Of a stretch of DNA of 57,580 bases, positions 1-9,686 are shown piece by piece. Source of the DNA: Nitrospirota bacterium (GTDB lineage Bacteria; Nitrospirota; Thermodesulfovibrionia; UBA6902); the NCBI GenBank assembly GCA_016208905.1, contig JACQXG010000004.1, forward strand, positions 1 through 57,580, written 5' to 3'. The translations under genes and the position numbers were made by a program. The notes below the pieces were generated by a model. The model did not search any database and had not been told where the DNA came from. It was given only the letters and a program-made list of their open reading frames with translations. The first letter of the stretch is position 1. Each line of letters opens with the position of its first letter.

Positions 1-225
1 CCATATGGAACTTACTGGCTGAATCCATCGCTTGCATGGGTCAACTCTGCTGCGCCGATAAGTGTTGGCCAGTATCAGCTGTCCGATTTACCTGTCACTT
101 CGATTTTGAACGCTGCATTGCCTGCGGGGCTCTATCAATTCGTGTTCATTCTTGATGAGAAACCAAACGGGCTGTTAGATGATATGAGCAATGGCAGCAG
201 GGGGATGGTTTATATTACTCCTTAA
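1..225 (+). CDS. 3' end of a CDS entering from the left edge; C-terminal beta-rich domain of a probable exported/surface protein
   Basis: Frame +1 is open from base 1 to TAA at 223-225: PYGTYWLNPSLAWVNSAAPISVGQYQLSDLPVTSILNAALPAGLYQFVFILDEKPNGLLDDMSNGSRGMVYITP. Absent from the ORF track because the start lies outside the window. Function is inferred. Confidence 0.55.
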   Translation, partial: PYGTYWLNPSLAWVNSAAPISVGQYQLSDLPVTSILNAALPAGLYQFVFILDEKPNGLLDDMSNGSRGMVYITP

Positions 226-286
226 TGGATTAAATAATGCAGATGGAGAATCGGCTGTTGAGCGGGCGGAATTTCTTTGATAAAAG

Positions 287-1333
287 TTAGACACGGGGCG
301 GATATTTATTGACAGATTCATGCATCCTCTTATACTCACGTACCTTGTCGAGCATTTTATTTTTTATGCCTTCTTCGAGAAAAGAGGCCTCGAACGAATT
401 TATCGCAAGCTTATATACATCATCCGCGGTCAAATTGAGCGCTTTAGTTATTGCTGAATAATTTTCATTGATATAACCGCCGAAGTATGCCGGATCATCG
501 GAATTTACAGTGACCAAAAGCCCGCGTTCCATCATTTTCCGTAAAGGATGCTCTTCCAAATGGTCTGTTACTTTCAGCCTGAGGTTTGACAGAGGGCAGA
601 CCGTCAAAGGAATTTTTCGACGTATCAGTTCCTCTGTCAGTTTATCGTCATCAAGACAGTGATTACCATGGTCTATCCGGGACACCTTGAGCAGTTCCAA
701 TGCTTCCCGGACATATTCCGCCGGCCCTTCTTCGCCTCCATGCGCTACCGTGAGAAATCCTGCTTCCCGCGCCAGTGCAAAGACTTCCTGAAATTTCGAA
801 GGGGGATTGCCGGTCTCCGCAGAATCCAGTCCCACCGCTATGATACGGTCTCTGTAAGGGAGCGCCTCTTCAAGCGTCTTCATTGCAGAGGCTTCATCAA
901 GGTCTCTGAGAAAGCACATTATCAATCCTGTTGATATGCCGGACCTTTCCCCTGCATCTTCAAGGGCCTTGTGAATACCATTGATTACAGTTGAAAACCT
1001 GATTCCCCGCCCTGTGTGAGTTTGCGGGTCAAAGAATATTTCGCTGTGAAGGACATTTTGTGAAACGGCTTTTTCAAGATATGCCATTGTCAGTTCATAG
1101 AAGTCCTCTTCTTCGGTCAATATTCCGGCCCCTTCATAATAGATGTCAAGGAAGTCCTGAAGATTACCGAAACTGTATGCCTCCCTGATCTCTTCAACAG
1201 ATTTATACGCGATGCGAATATTATTCCTCATGGCAATTTTAAACATTAATTCAGGTTCAAAAGTGCCCTCGATATGGAGATGCAGTTCAGCCTTGGGAAT
1301 ACCTTTTATGAAATCTTCAATAATCATTTCCAT
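287..1333 (-). CDS. add: Adenine/adenosine deaminase (amidohydrolase superfamily, adenine deaminase type 2-like)
   Basis: PKAELHLHIEGT, LQDFLDIYY, FFDPQTH, HGGEEG, CPLSN and NSDDPAYFGGY motifs. Confidence 0.9.
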   Translation of the reverse strand: MEMIIEDFIKGIPKAELHLHIEGTFEPELMFKIAMRNNIRIAYKSVEEIREAYSFGNLQDFLDIYYEGAGILTEEEDFYELTMAYLEKAVSQNVLHSEIFFDPQTHTGRGIRFSTVINGIHKALEDAGERSGISTGLIMCFLRDLDEASAMKTLEEALPYRDRIIAVGLDSAETGNPPSKFQEVFALAREAGFLTVAHGGEEGPAEYVREALELLKVSRIDHGNHCLDDDKLTEELIRRKIPLTVCPLSNLRLKVTDHLEEHPLRKMMERGLLVTVNSDDPAYFGGYINENYSAITKALNLTADDVYKLAINSFEASFLEEGIKNKMLDKVREYKRMHESVNKYPPRV

Positions 1334-1451
1334 TCATTGTAAGATGTCGTAATTCTGCAATCAGGCAGTATAAATTTATACCCTACCTATAGGATAAAAA
1401 TAATGATATACTAAGAAAAATTTTAAGACAACATTTTTGGAGGCGGTCCCT

Positions 1452-1688
1452 ATGGATGAATATGAAAGAGAGATGGAAATAATTGCGTTGCTGTCTAATC
1501 CTGATAATAATTACACCTACATCAAATGTGACAAAGATGTTATTGATCACTTATGTGATAAAACGAATGATCAAAAGCAAATAAAACTTATAGAAGTCGA
1601 GTATTTCAAAGACGCCAGATTAAATGAAGACAAGGCGAACTTCTGCGATAAATGCAACCAGGTGTTTGTCTATAAACCCGGGGAATAG
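1452..1688 (+). CDS. Small hypothetical protein (78 aa), possible Zn-ribbon
   Basis: GGAGG SD upstream of ATG 1452; HxC...CxxC pattern (DHLCD...FCDKC). Confidence 0.65.
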   Translation: MDEYEREMEIIALLSNPDNNYTYIKCDKDVIDHLCDKTNDQKQIKLIEVEYFKDARLNEDKANFCDKCNQVFVYKPGE

Positions 1689-2199
1689 TACGGAAACGCG
1701 GAAGTTCGCAAGTAAAACTAATGTCGCCCGGTATATTACCCCTGAGGGTCGAACGCATTTAAGCGAGGAACTCACATATCTCTGGAAGGTGAAGCGTCCC
1801 AAGGTCACACAGGCAGTTGCCGAAGCCGCGGCCATGGGGGACCGTTCAGAGAACGCGGAGTATATTTACGGTAAGAAGCAGTTAAGGGAGATCGATTCCC
1901 GTATGCGGTTTCTCACAAAGAGGCTGGACGAATTGATCGTCGTGGACAGGCCGCCTGATGATACGTCGACAGTATTTTTCGGCGCCTGGGTCGGGCTTGA
2001 GGATTCTGATGGGAACCTGTTTCGGTATCGCATTGTCGGTCCGGACGAATTCGATCTCAAGAGGGGTTTTATCAGCATTGATTCTCCCATGGCAAAGGCG
2101 TTGTTGCGCAAGACCGAGGGTGATGAAATCGTGGTGATCAGACCCAACGGTACAGACGCCTTTGTGGTGACATCAGTCAGCTATGAAGTGCAAACGTAA
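1666..2199 (+). CDS. greB: Transcription elongation factor GreB
   Basis: [56 protein letters not shown]. Start uncertain: TTG 1666 after AGGTG, or ATG 1624. Confidence 0.92.
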   Translation: MSINPGNSTETRKFASKTNVARYITPEGRTHLSEELTYLWKVKRPKVTQAVAEAAAMGDRSENAEYIYGKKQLREIDSRMRFLTKRLDELIVVDRPPDDTSTVFFGAWVGLEDSDGNLFRYRIVGPDEFDLKRGFISIDSPMAKALLRKTEGDEIVVIRPNGTDAFVVTSVSYEVQT

Positions 2200-2302
2200 G
2201 GACTTTGTTGTTCCAAAAAATACGGACGCACATCAAGGCATTCCTGCCAGATGTTTATTGCATTATTCGGATTAATCCAGAAACGCGGGAAAAATGAAAC
2301 TA

Positions 2303-3262
2303 TCAGTCTTTTCTTTTCCCCTCAATACAGATTGTCTCAGGGGTCTTCTTTACAACAATTTTTTTGAAGCCTGTTTCAGAAAGCCACTGTTTGATCTCTT
2401 TGGGACTGTAGCACCGTCCTTTTTCCGTGTTCACGAGCATGTTCACTGAGAATACAGCGCTGTGCTGCGGGGCTGTACGGGCTTCATTGATGGGAAATTC
2501 CTGTACAACTACCCTGCCTCCGGGATTGATGGCTGACATGCACTTTTGCAAAAGCGCGATATTTTCCTTAATTGAAAAGGCATGGAAGATCTGGCTTAAA
2601 AGGATAAGATCATACCCTGCTCCTATACTGTCCGTATGAAAATCTCCGGCAATAAATCTGATCCCCCTGGTCCCATCGCGGCGCGCAACCTTTCTGGCGA
2701 TCGAGATAGTCTCAGGCAGATCAAAGATCGTGGCCTTCACACCCTTCTTTACCATGGCCATTGCATTGGTGCCGGGCCCTCCCCCGAGGTCGAGCATCGT
2801 CTTAACATCATTAAGCCCGATTACTTTTATAAGGCTTTCTGTACGGAGGATCGTGAGGTTATGCATCCCCATGATAAATGCCTCATGGTCGCGCTTGCGC
2901 TTTGCAGGACTGCCGGTTCTGACTACTTCGTCAAGAAGAGAAAACCCCTCCCACATACCTGAGGCATGTCTGACGATATCACCCTGATAGAGGCTGGCGT
3001 CTTTTACAAGATAGCGTGTGCTGACCGGAGCATTACGATATTTCCCGTTCCTGCTTTTGATGATCAGCCCGATGCCTGTAAGCGCGTCAAGCAGTATCTC
3101 CATAGCACGTGCGTCCGTCTCTGTTTTTCCTGCAACCTCCGCAGCTGTTGAGGTTTCTTTCAGACTTTCAAATACTCCAAGGTTATTTGCCGTCAGTATG
3201 ATCCTTGAAGTCATAAATCCTGAATAGAGTCTTCTCAGTCCTATAAGATCTTCATCTGTCAT
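2303..3262 (-). CDS. SAM-dependent O-methyltransferase (Methyltransf_2 family with N-terminal dimerisation domain)
   Basis: LDLGGGPG SAM motif, FDLPET, GDF, YDLILLSQIFH, PGGRVVV; GGAGG SD before ATG 3262. Confidence 0.85.
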   Translation of the reverse strand: MTDEDLIGLRRLYSGFMTSRIILTANNLGVFESLKETSTAAEVAGKTETDARAMEILLDALTGIGLIIKSRNGKYRNAPVSTRYLVKDASLYQGDIVRHASGMWEGFSLLDEVVRTGSPAKRKRDHEAFIMGMHNLTILRTESLIKVIGLNDVKTMLDLGGGPGTNAMAMVKKGVKATIFDLPETISIARKVARRDGTRGIRFIAGDFHTDSIGAGYDLILLSQIFHAFSIKENIALLQKCMSAINPGGRVVVQEFPINEARTAPQHSAVFSVNMLVNTEKGRCYSPKEIKQWLSETGFKKIVVKKTPETICIEGKRKD

Positions 3263-3435
3263 TTCAGCCTCCCGGTTACGCACCTCGCGCGTAATTGATT
3301 TTAATTAATCTATGGATCTTAATCAACTGGAGAAGGTCTATCATTGTCACAATCTTCAGGCAGGCATTTAAAGAAATATTTTATCGATAGGATTTGATGC
3401 TGTTTGCAAATTTAAATATCACCCTGCCGGCCGGC

Positions 3436-4347
3436 TCATTTTCTGTGGCGGATGAAAGAGCCGTTCCTGTACTCATCAAACGCGATCCGTAATTCTTCCT
3501 GGGTATTCATGACAATAGGGCCATACCATGCCACTGGCTCGCCAATTGGCTGACCTGAGATCAGGAGGAACCGGACCGGATTGTCTTCTGTTATAACATT
3601 AATCTCATCCCCCTTATCAAAGAGCACGAGAGTTCCATTACTCACAAATGGATCGCGATCAAGGTCAAAGTAGTTTTCACCTACCATTTCATAGGTGAAA
3701 GGATTTTTCTCCTTACAAAAATATCCCTTTCCCTCGATAACATATGCGAATGCGTTGTGTTCATTCTTTGTGTGATGAGTGAATTCTGTTTCCGGCGGAA
3801 CAGAGACATCAAGATATTGAGGGTCAATGACAATATCCTTCACCGGTCCTTCTGTGCCGCCTATCCTGCCGCATATGATTTTTATTCTGACCCCGTTCTT
3901 CTGCTCCACTTCGGGAATCTGTGAGCTCTTTACATCCCTGTATCGGGGGGCCATCATCTTGTGAGTCGCAGGGAGGTTTGCCCAGAGTTGAAACCCGCCC
4001 ATCGAACCCTCTTTATCTCCTTTCGGCATCTCCTGGTGGATGATGCCGCTTCCCGCGGTCATCCACTGGACGTCACCTGATGTTATTACCCCCTTATTGC
4101 CCATGCTGTCACCGTGTTCCACTTTTCCGTTCAACATGTATGTAATGGTCTCGATCCCCCGATGAGGATGCCACGGAAACCCTTTGAGATAATGTTCCGG
4201 GTCATCTGAACGGAAGTCATCGAGCATCAGGAATGGATCGAACATCGGGACTTCACTGAAGCCGAAGGCCCTCCTTAGATGCACGCCTGCGCCTTCGATG
4301 GTGGGTTTGCTTTTTAAGACTTTCTTGATCTTTCTCGTTTTACTCAT
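3436..4347 (-). CDS. Pirin family protein
   Basis: EGAGV, DPFLMLDDF, GFPWHPHRGIETITY, QWMTAGSGIIHQEMP, QLWANLP, GPIVMNT; GGAGG SD. Confidence 0.93.
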   Translation of the reverse strand: MSKTRKIKKVLKSKPTIEGAGVHLRRAFGFSEVPMFDPFLMLDDFRSDDPEHYLKGFPWHPHRGIETITYMLNGKVEHGDSMGNKGVITSGDVQWMTAGSGIIHQEMPKGDKEGSMGGFQLWANLPATHKMMAPRYRDVKSSQIPEVEQKNGVRIKIICGRIGGTEGPVKDIVIDPQYLDVSVPPETEFTHHTKNEHNAFAYVIEGKGYFCKEKNPFTYEMVGENYFDLDRDPFVSNGTLVLFDKGDEINVITEDNPVRFLLISGQPIGEPVAWYGPIVMNTQEELRIAFDEYRNGSFIRHRK

Positions 4348-4512
4348 GGGTCAACCTCCTTCTACCGGATAATTACATTATATCGCATAATTTTTATAAG
4401 ACAATACAGAGAATGATAATCAGCGAGTGGGCCTGCGGAGAAGAAGGGAATCCTTTTGCGCGGGGTAGTATGAGGAACATCTTAACATGGAATAGTGTCT
4501 TGAATGTTCTTC

Positions 4513-4546
4513 TTGACAAATCATATAAACAAATGTTTATATGATT
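4513..4546 (+). promoter_or_regulatory. -35 box (TTGACA) followed by a perfect 13-2-13 inverted repeat; ArsR/SmtB-type operator
   Basis: TTGACA at 4513-4518; AATCATATAAACA-AA-TGTTTATATGATT at 4519-4546 directly upstream of the ArsR-family gene. Confidence 0.8.
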
Positions 4547-4576
4547 ATATAGAACAAATTGCAAGAATATCCAAAT

Positions 4577-4996
4577 ATGATGAAAACCATGATAGAAATA
4601 TTTAAGCTCTTATCCGACGAGCGGAGGATAAGGATATTGATGCTCCTTGATAAAAAAGAGCTGAGCGTTTGCCAGCTAATGGGCATAACCGGTGCTTCAC
4701 AGCCTCTTGTCTCAAGGAACCTGTCTCTTCTTTACAGGGGCGGCTTCCTCGAAGAAAGAAGGGAAGGCAAGCACAGATTTTACAGTATAAGAAAAGACCT
4801 TTCAAACGACAGAAAGGCCGCGCTTGATTTATTGAGCGGACATCTCAAATTAGATGCGAAATGTAAAGACGATCTTGTGACCCTGAAAGAATGTTCCGTG
4901 TTTCAGAAAAAAGCCGGAAGATGCGACATGAAAACTTTGCAGTCATTTATTAAATGGAAACAGGGGAGGAATAAGAATGTTAAAGCAATTAAATAA
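4577..4996 (+). CDS. ArsR/SmtB family transcriptional repressor
   Basis: FKLLSDERRIRIL...ELSVCQL...SQPLVSRNLSLL...ERREGK winged HTH. Start among ATG 4577/4580/4589 is uncertain. Confidence 0.9.
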   Translation: MMKTMIEIFKLLSDERRIRILMLLDKKELSVCQLMGITGASQPLVSRNLSLLYRGGFLEERREGKHRFYSIRKDLSNDRKAALDLLSGHLKLDAKCKDDLVTLKECSVFQKKAGRCDMKTLQSFIKWKQGRNKNVKAIK

Positions 4997-5642
4997 AAAG
5001 AGGACGAGGCTTCAGAAATATACATCGGGTATATTGCCGCTGGTGATAATCGGGGGATGGCTTTATCCGCCGCTCGGTTTTTCACTTCTGCTCTGTATGT
5101 TCGGGGCCGTAGGCATAGCCTTTTACAGAGGAAGGGCCTGGTGCGACTGGATGTGCCCGCGGGGCAGTTTCTATGATCTGTCTCTTGGAAAGCTCAGCCG
5201 GAAAATGCCGATACCGTCTTTTTTTAAGAGCAATAGCTTCAGAACGGTTATTCTGTCCCTGCTTATTACGGTGCTTGGAATTCAGATCTATTATGCCTGG
5301 GGCGATTCATACGGCATAGGCCGCGCATTTGTTTTAGTGTTAACGGTCACTACTACCATAGGTATTGTTTTGGGAGCGGTTTTTAAACCCAGGGCCTGGT
5401 GTCAAATCTGTCCCATGGGGACGCTGGGAAGCTGGCTGTCAGAGGGCAAAAAGCCTCTTTATGTCAGCGAGCATTGCAAAGACTGCAAACTATGCGCGAA
5501 GGTCTGCCCGATGCAGTTGAAACCATACGATAATAAATCAGGTATGATGACTGACGGAGACTGTATTAAATGTTCGTCCTGTGTGGCTGCTTGTCCTGTT
5601 AAAGCGCTTGGCTTTGAAGAAAAGATAAAAAAGGCTGCTTGA
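4977..5642 (+). CDS. Membrane 4Fe-4S binding protein (NapH/MauN/YccM-like polyferredoxin)
   Basis: About four TM segments, two WCxxxCP motifs (WCDWMCPRG, WCQICPMG) and two CxxCxxCxxxCP clusters; overlaps the ArsR gene stop. Confidence 0.85.
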   Translation: MLKQLNKKRTRLQKYTSGILPLVIIGGWLYPPLGFSLLLCMFGAVGIAFYRGRAWCDWMCPRGSFYDLSLGKLSRKMPIPSFFKSNSFRTVILSLLITVLGIQIYYAWGDSYGIGRAFVLVLTVTTTIGIVLGAVFKPRAWCQICPMGTLGSWLSEGKKPLYVSEHCKDCKLCAKVCPMQLKPYDNKSGMMTDGDCIKCSSCVAACPVKALGFEEKIKKAA

Positions 5643-5663
5643 GGAATTCATAACGCTGCAAAA

Positions 5664-5695
5664 TGAACTGCTTCAGCAGAGCTGCAAAGGAATTC
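5664..5695. repeat. Degenerate short palindromic intergenic element between convergent genes
   Basis: TGAACTGCTTCAGCAGAGCTGCAAAGGAATTC with an internal CAGC/GCTG hairpin; recalls IS200/IS605-type end hairpins. Single degenerate copy. Confidence 0.3.
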
Positions 5696-5701
5696 TGTTG
5701 A

Positions 5702-6430
5702 TTATTTGTTGATTTCAGCCAGCAGTTTGCCGGCAATCTGAGGGTCTATGCCTTTTAGTATCTCATATTCCTTTAGGGCTGATTCCCTGTCGTTTAACCG
5801 AAGACTGGAAATTGCAATATTGTAATGAGCGCCAGCAGAATCAGGGGTGCGGTCCAAAACTCTTTTAAACATCTCTATCGCTTCTTTATGTTTGCCCAAT
5901 TCCCCATACGCTATACCCAGATTCAGAAATGTATCTGCATCGAGAGGATTTATTTTAATAGCATGCTCATATGCTTCCGCCGCTTCTTTATGCATTTCCA
6001 GTTTTCCGTATGCGAGGCCCATATTATAATATGCGTCCGGTTCCTTCGGGTTAATACTAATTTCGTTTTTGTAGGCCTCTATCGCTTCTTTATACATTCC
6101 TAATTTCCCATACGCGACACCGAGGTTGTAACTGGAATAAATATCGCGGGGATTGATTTTGATTACATTTTTATACGCCTCTATGGCCTCTTCATACCTG
6201 CCTGATTCATCAAAGGCAACGCCTAGACGATAATAAGCTTCAGTGTTTTTGGGATGCTTTTTTATTTCCTCCTTCAGATGTGCAATATATTTATCGAAGT
6301 CCTTAAGGTGATTCTGAGGATCAGCAGGCAGTATGACAGGGGACAGCAGTATGAGTAATACTAAAAAGCATGGAACTGTTTTATGATTGATAACATCAGA
6401 TATTGCCAAAGGTCTTTTTTTAGCAGGCAC
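5702..6430 (-). CDS. Tetratricopeptide repeat protein with N-terminal hydrophobic segment
   Basis: 34-aa repeats of type AYYNLGxAYGKLGxxKEAIEAYKxxIxINP; hydrophobic stretch FLVLLILLSPVILP. Confidence 0.88.
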   Translation of the reverse strand: MPAKKRPLAISDVINHKTVPCFLVLLILLSPVILPADPQNHLKDFDKYIAHLKEEIKKHPKNTEAYYRLGVAFDESGRYEEAIEAYKNVIKINPRDIYSSYNLGVAYGKLGMYKEAIEAYKNEISINPKEPDAYYNMGLAYGKLEMHKEAAEAYEHAIKINPLDADTFLNLGIAYGELGKHKEAIEMFKRVLDRTPDSAGAHYNIAISSLRLNDRESALKEYEILKGIDPQIAGKLLAEINK

Positions 6431-6515
6431 AAGTCAACTATAACAGAAAACGGGACCAAAAAAATATGCATGATTAATTCTGATTTTTCAGGAGGGTGTT
6501 TCACAGGAAGAAGTT

Positions 6516-6551
6516 AAAAAAAGAGCGCCGGGGAATGTTCCACGGCGCTCT
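6516..6551 (-). terminator. Rho-independent terminator downstream of ppdK
   Basis: GAGCGCCG...CGGCGCTC stem with a 7-A run on + (U-tail on -), about 16 nt after the ppdK stop. Confidence 0.8.
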
Positions 6552-6567
6552 CTCATATATAACTCTG

Positions 6568-9306
6568 CTATTTCTTCTTCTTGCCCAGGCTTTCCTTAAT
6601 CGCCGCCTGCGCTGCAGCAAACCTTGCAATAGGCACCCTGAACGGCGAACAACTGACATAATTAAGTCCGATATTGTGGCAGAACTCAACTGACTTTGGC
6701 TCACCGCCGTGCTCGCCGCAGATTCCAAGCTTGAGGTCTTTCCTGACCTTTCTGCCTTTCTCGACTGCTATCTTCATGAATGCGCCGACGCCTTCCTGAT
6801 CAATGGTAACGAACGGGTCGTCATCCAAAATCTTGTTCTCAACATAGAACGGCAGGAATCTTCCGGCATCGTCCCTTGACAGTCCGTAAACGGTCTGCGT
6901 CAGGTCATTGGTGCCGAATGAATAGAAATCAGCTACTGCTGCAATCTCACTTGAAGTTACACATGCGCGGGGCAGTTCGATCATTGTGCCGACTGTGTAC
7001 GGGACTTTGGTGTTATATTTTTTCTGCACTTCTTTTGCAGTGGAGATGACTAATTTTTTCATTGCCACGAGTTCATTGACATGACCTACGAGAGGTATCA
7101 TGATTTCAGGTATGACCTTCACCTTCTTCTTTGAAAGCTCGCAGGCGGCTTCCATTATTGCCTGTGCCTGCATAGCGTAAATTTCAGGGAATGTTACGCC
7201 GAGACGGCAGCCCCGGTGACCGAGCATGGGATTGAATTCATGGAGCGATTTGTTTTTGTCATTTAACTTTTCGAACGGGACCCTCATGCTCCTGGAAAGG
7301 TCTCTTAAGTCTTTTTCTGTATGAGGGAGGAACTCATGAAGAGGCGGGTCAAGTAATCTGACTGTGACCGGCAGGCCTTTCATTGCCTTGAATATGCCGA
7401 GGAAGTCTTTTCTCTGGAAAGGGAGCAGTTTGGCAAGCGCCTTCTGTCTTCCTTCAAGAGTATCTGAGAGTATCATCTCTCTTACCGCTTTGATCCTGTC
7501 CGGCCCGAAGAACATGTGCTCTGTCCTGCAAAGACCGATACCCTCTGCTCCGAACTTTATCGCAGCAGCAGCATCTCCGGGAGAGTCAGCGTTTGTCCTT
7601 ACTTTGAGGGTCCTGGTCTGGTCGGCCCATGTCATTAGATCTTTGTACCACTTGTTGTGATCAGGATTGGCAGGAAGGAGATGGAGCTGTCCTTCATAAA
7701 CTCGTCCCTTTGTGCCGTTCAGGGTAATCCAGTCACCTTCTTTTAAAGTCTTTCCATTAACACTGATTGATTTGTTTTTTAAATTGATATTGAGCGCTGA
7801 ACATCCGACGATGCAGCATTTGCCCCAGCCGCGCGCTACAAGCGCGGCGTGACTGGTCATGCCGCCTTTTGCGGTGAGTATCGCCTCGGCGGCATGCATG
7901 CCGTGAACGTCTTCGGGAGAGGTTTCAGTCCTGACAAGAATGACTTTTTCACCTTTCTTGGCCCATGCCGCGGCATCATCGGCAGTGAGTACAACCCGTC
8001 CCCTTGCGCCGCCCGGTCCTGCGGGCAGGCCCTTTGCAAGCTCAACCGCTTTTTTCTCGGCAAGCGGATCGACGCTCGGATGGAGCAGCTCGTCTATCTG
8101 GTCGGGTTTTACACGGAGCAGGGCAGTTTCTTTGGTTATCAGCTTCTGTTTTGCCATTTCAACTGCCATGCGGATTGCGGCCTGGCCGTTGCGTTTGCCG
8201 ACTCTTGTCTGGAGCATCCAGAGTTTTCCTTCTTCAATGGTAAACTCAATGTCCTGCATGTCCGAATAATGGTTCTCAAGGTTTTTCTGATAGGTATAAA
8301 GCTCTTTGTATAATTTCGGCATCGCCTCTTCGAGTGAATGGAGATGTCTTGTGTCCGCGGTCTTTCCGGCTTTATTGACCGGGTTGGGGGTCCTGATTCC
8401 TGCGACAACGTCCTCACCCTGCGCATTGGGGAGCCATTCACCGAAGAACATGTCTTCTCCGGTCGCGGGATTACGGGTAAAGGCAACGCCCGTAGCCGAG
8501 GTGTTGCCGGTGTTGCCGAAGACCATGGCCTGTACATTAACGGCGGTCCCCCAGTGCTCCGGAATCTTCTCGATCCTTCTGTATGATACGGCGCGTTTCC
8601 CCATCCAGGACTGGAAGACGGCGCTGGTGCCGCCCCACATTTGCTCCATAGGGTCATCAGGAAAAGATTTATTTAATGTCTTTCTGATTATTACTTTAAA
8701 TTCGTCACAAAGTTTCTTGAGGTCATCTACTGTAAGATCAGTATCACTCTTGTAACCTTTAGTCTTTTTGACCTTTGCCATAGCGGTTTCAAGTTTATGG
8801 CGTATTGCATCGTGCTCTGTTTTGGGCTCTCTTCCGGCCGCCTTTTCCATAACGACATCCGAGTACATCATCATTAACCTGCGATACGCGTCATATACGA
8901 AACGCGGATTGTTGGTCTTCTTGATAAGACCCGGGATGGTCTTTGTGGTAAGTCCTATGTTTAATACTGTCTCCATCATTCCGGGCATTGAGCTTCTCGC
9001 GCCTGAACGTACGGACATGAGAAGGGGATCGTTGGGATCTCCGAATTTTTTTCCCATTATTTTTTCAACGCCTGCGAGTGCGGCGTCTACCTGACCTTTG
9101 AGTTCTTTGGGATATCTCCGGTTATTCTTATAATAAAGCGTGCAGACCTCAGTGGTGATTGTGAATCCGGGGGGAACAGGCAGTTTGAGTTTGGGATGCC
9201 CCGCCATTTCGGCAAGATTCGCTCCCTTGCCTCCAAGCAGATTTTTCATGCTCGCATTACCGTCAGCTTTTCCGGCTCCAAAGAAATAGACATACTTTTT
9301 GGCCAT
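6568..9306 (-). CDS. ppdK: Pyruvate, phosphate dikinase
   Basis: LLGGKGANLAEM, SVRSGA, GGMTSHAALVARG (phospho-His), GIGLCRTEHMF, GTMIELPRA, SFGTNDLTQ, GICGEHGG. Confidence 0.97.
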   Translation of the reverse strand: MAKKYVYFFGAGKADGNASMKNLLGGKGANLAEMAGHPKLKLPVPPGFTITTEVCTLYYKNNRRYPKELKGQVDAALAGVEKIMGKKFGDPNDPLLMSVRSGARSSMPGMMETVLNIGLTTKTIPGLIKKTNNPRFVYDAYRRLMMMYSDVVMEKAAGREPKTEHDAIRHKLETAMAKVKKTKGYKSDTDLTVDDLKKLCDEFKVIIRKTLNKSFPDDPMEQMWGGTSAVFQSWMGKRAVSYRRIEKIPEHWGTAVNVQAMVFGNTGNTSATGVAFTRNPATGEDMFFGEWLPNAQGEDVVAGIRTPNPVNKAGKTADTRHLHSLEEAMPKLYKELYTYQKNLENHYSDMQDIEFTIEEGKLWMLQTRVGKRNGQAAIRMAVEMAKQKLITKETALLRVKPDQIDELLHPSVDPLAEKKAVELAKGLPAGPGGARGRVVLTADDAAAWAKKGEKVILVRTETSPEDVHGMHAAEAILTAKGGMTSHAALVARGWGKCCIVGCSALNINLKNKSISVNGKTLKEGDWITLNGTKGRVYEGQLHLLPANPDHNKWYKDLMTWADQTRTLKVRTNADSPGDAAAAIKFGAEGIGLCRTEHMFFGPDRIKAVREMILSDTLEGRQKALAKLLPFQRKDFLGIFKAMKGLPVTVRLLDPPLHEFLPHTEKDLRDLSRSMRVPFEKLNDKNKSLHEFNPMLGHRGCRLGVTFPEIYAMQAQAIMEAACELSKKKVKVIPEIMIPLVGHVNELVAMKKLVISTAKEVQKKYNTKVPYTVGTMIELPRACVTSSEIAAVADFYSFGTNDLTQTVYGLSRDDAGRFLPFYVENKILDDDPFVTIDQEGVGAFMKIAVEKGRKVRKDLKLGICGEHGGEPKSVEFCHNIGLNYVSCSPFRVPIARFAAAQAAIKESLGKKKK

Positions 9307-9451
9307 TTTGATCCTCCAGTATTAGATTTAAAATTATAAATAATTCAGAAAGAGTGTTATTTTACAAAATATTATAAGCTAAATTCAAACATAAAATAAT
9401 TAAGATTAATATAAGTATCACTAATTAGTTCCTGTTGCGAAAATTAATTTT

Positions 9452-9542
9452 TGTCATTTCGGGCCCCGAAATACTGGATAAATTCCGCAAGAAATATTTT
9501 ACCGCTGCAATACCGAAGATTTCTCCAGTTGGTCGAAATGCC
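9452..9542. repeat. REP/MITE-like palindromic element, degenerate copy of the family at 36874-36954
   Basis: TGTCATTTCG...AGAAATAT...AAGATTTCTCCAGTTGGTCGAAATG shares termini and inner arm with the 36874 copy. Confidence 0.65.
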
Positions 9543-9686
9543 TTTTTTTCTGTTAATCCTCAGGGTAGTGCGATTCGAATTGGCCGAACTACATTTATAT
9601 GCCCTTCTGATGGATTTTAATTAAATATTTTTAGCAGTTATGCCGATAGAAATAGAAAATATGTTTTAAAATTGAGGGGTAGTGAA

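Noticed and set aside
5850-6260. About 102-nt DNA periodicity as a non-coding repeat array
   Set aside because: Fully explained by 34-aa TPR units.
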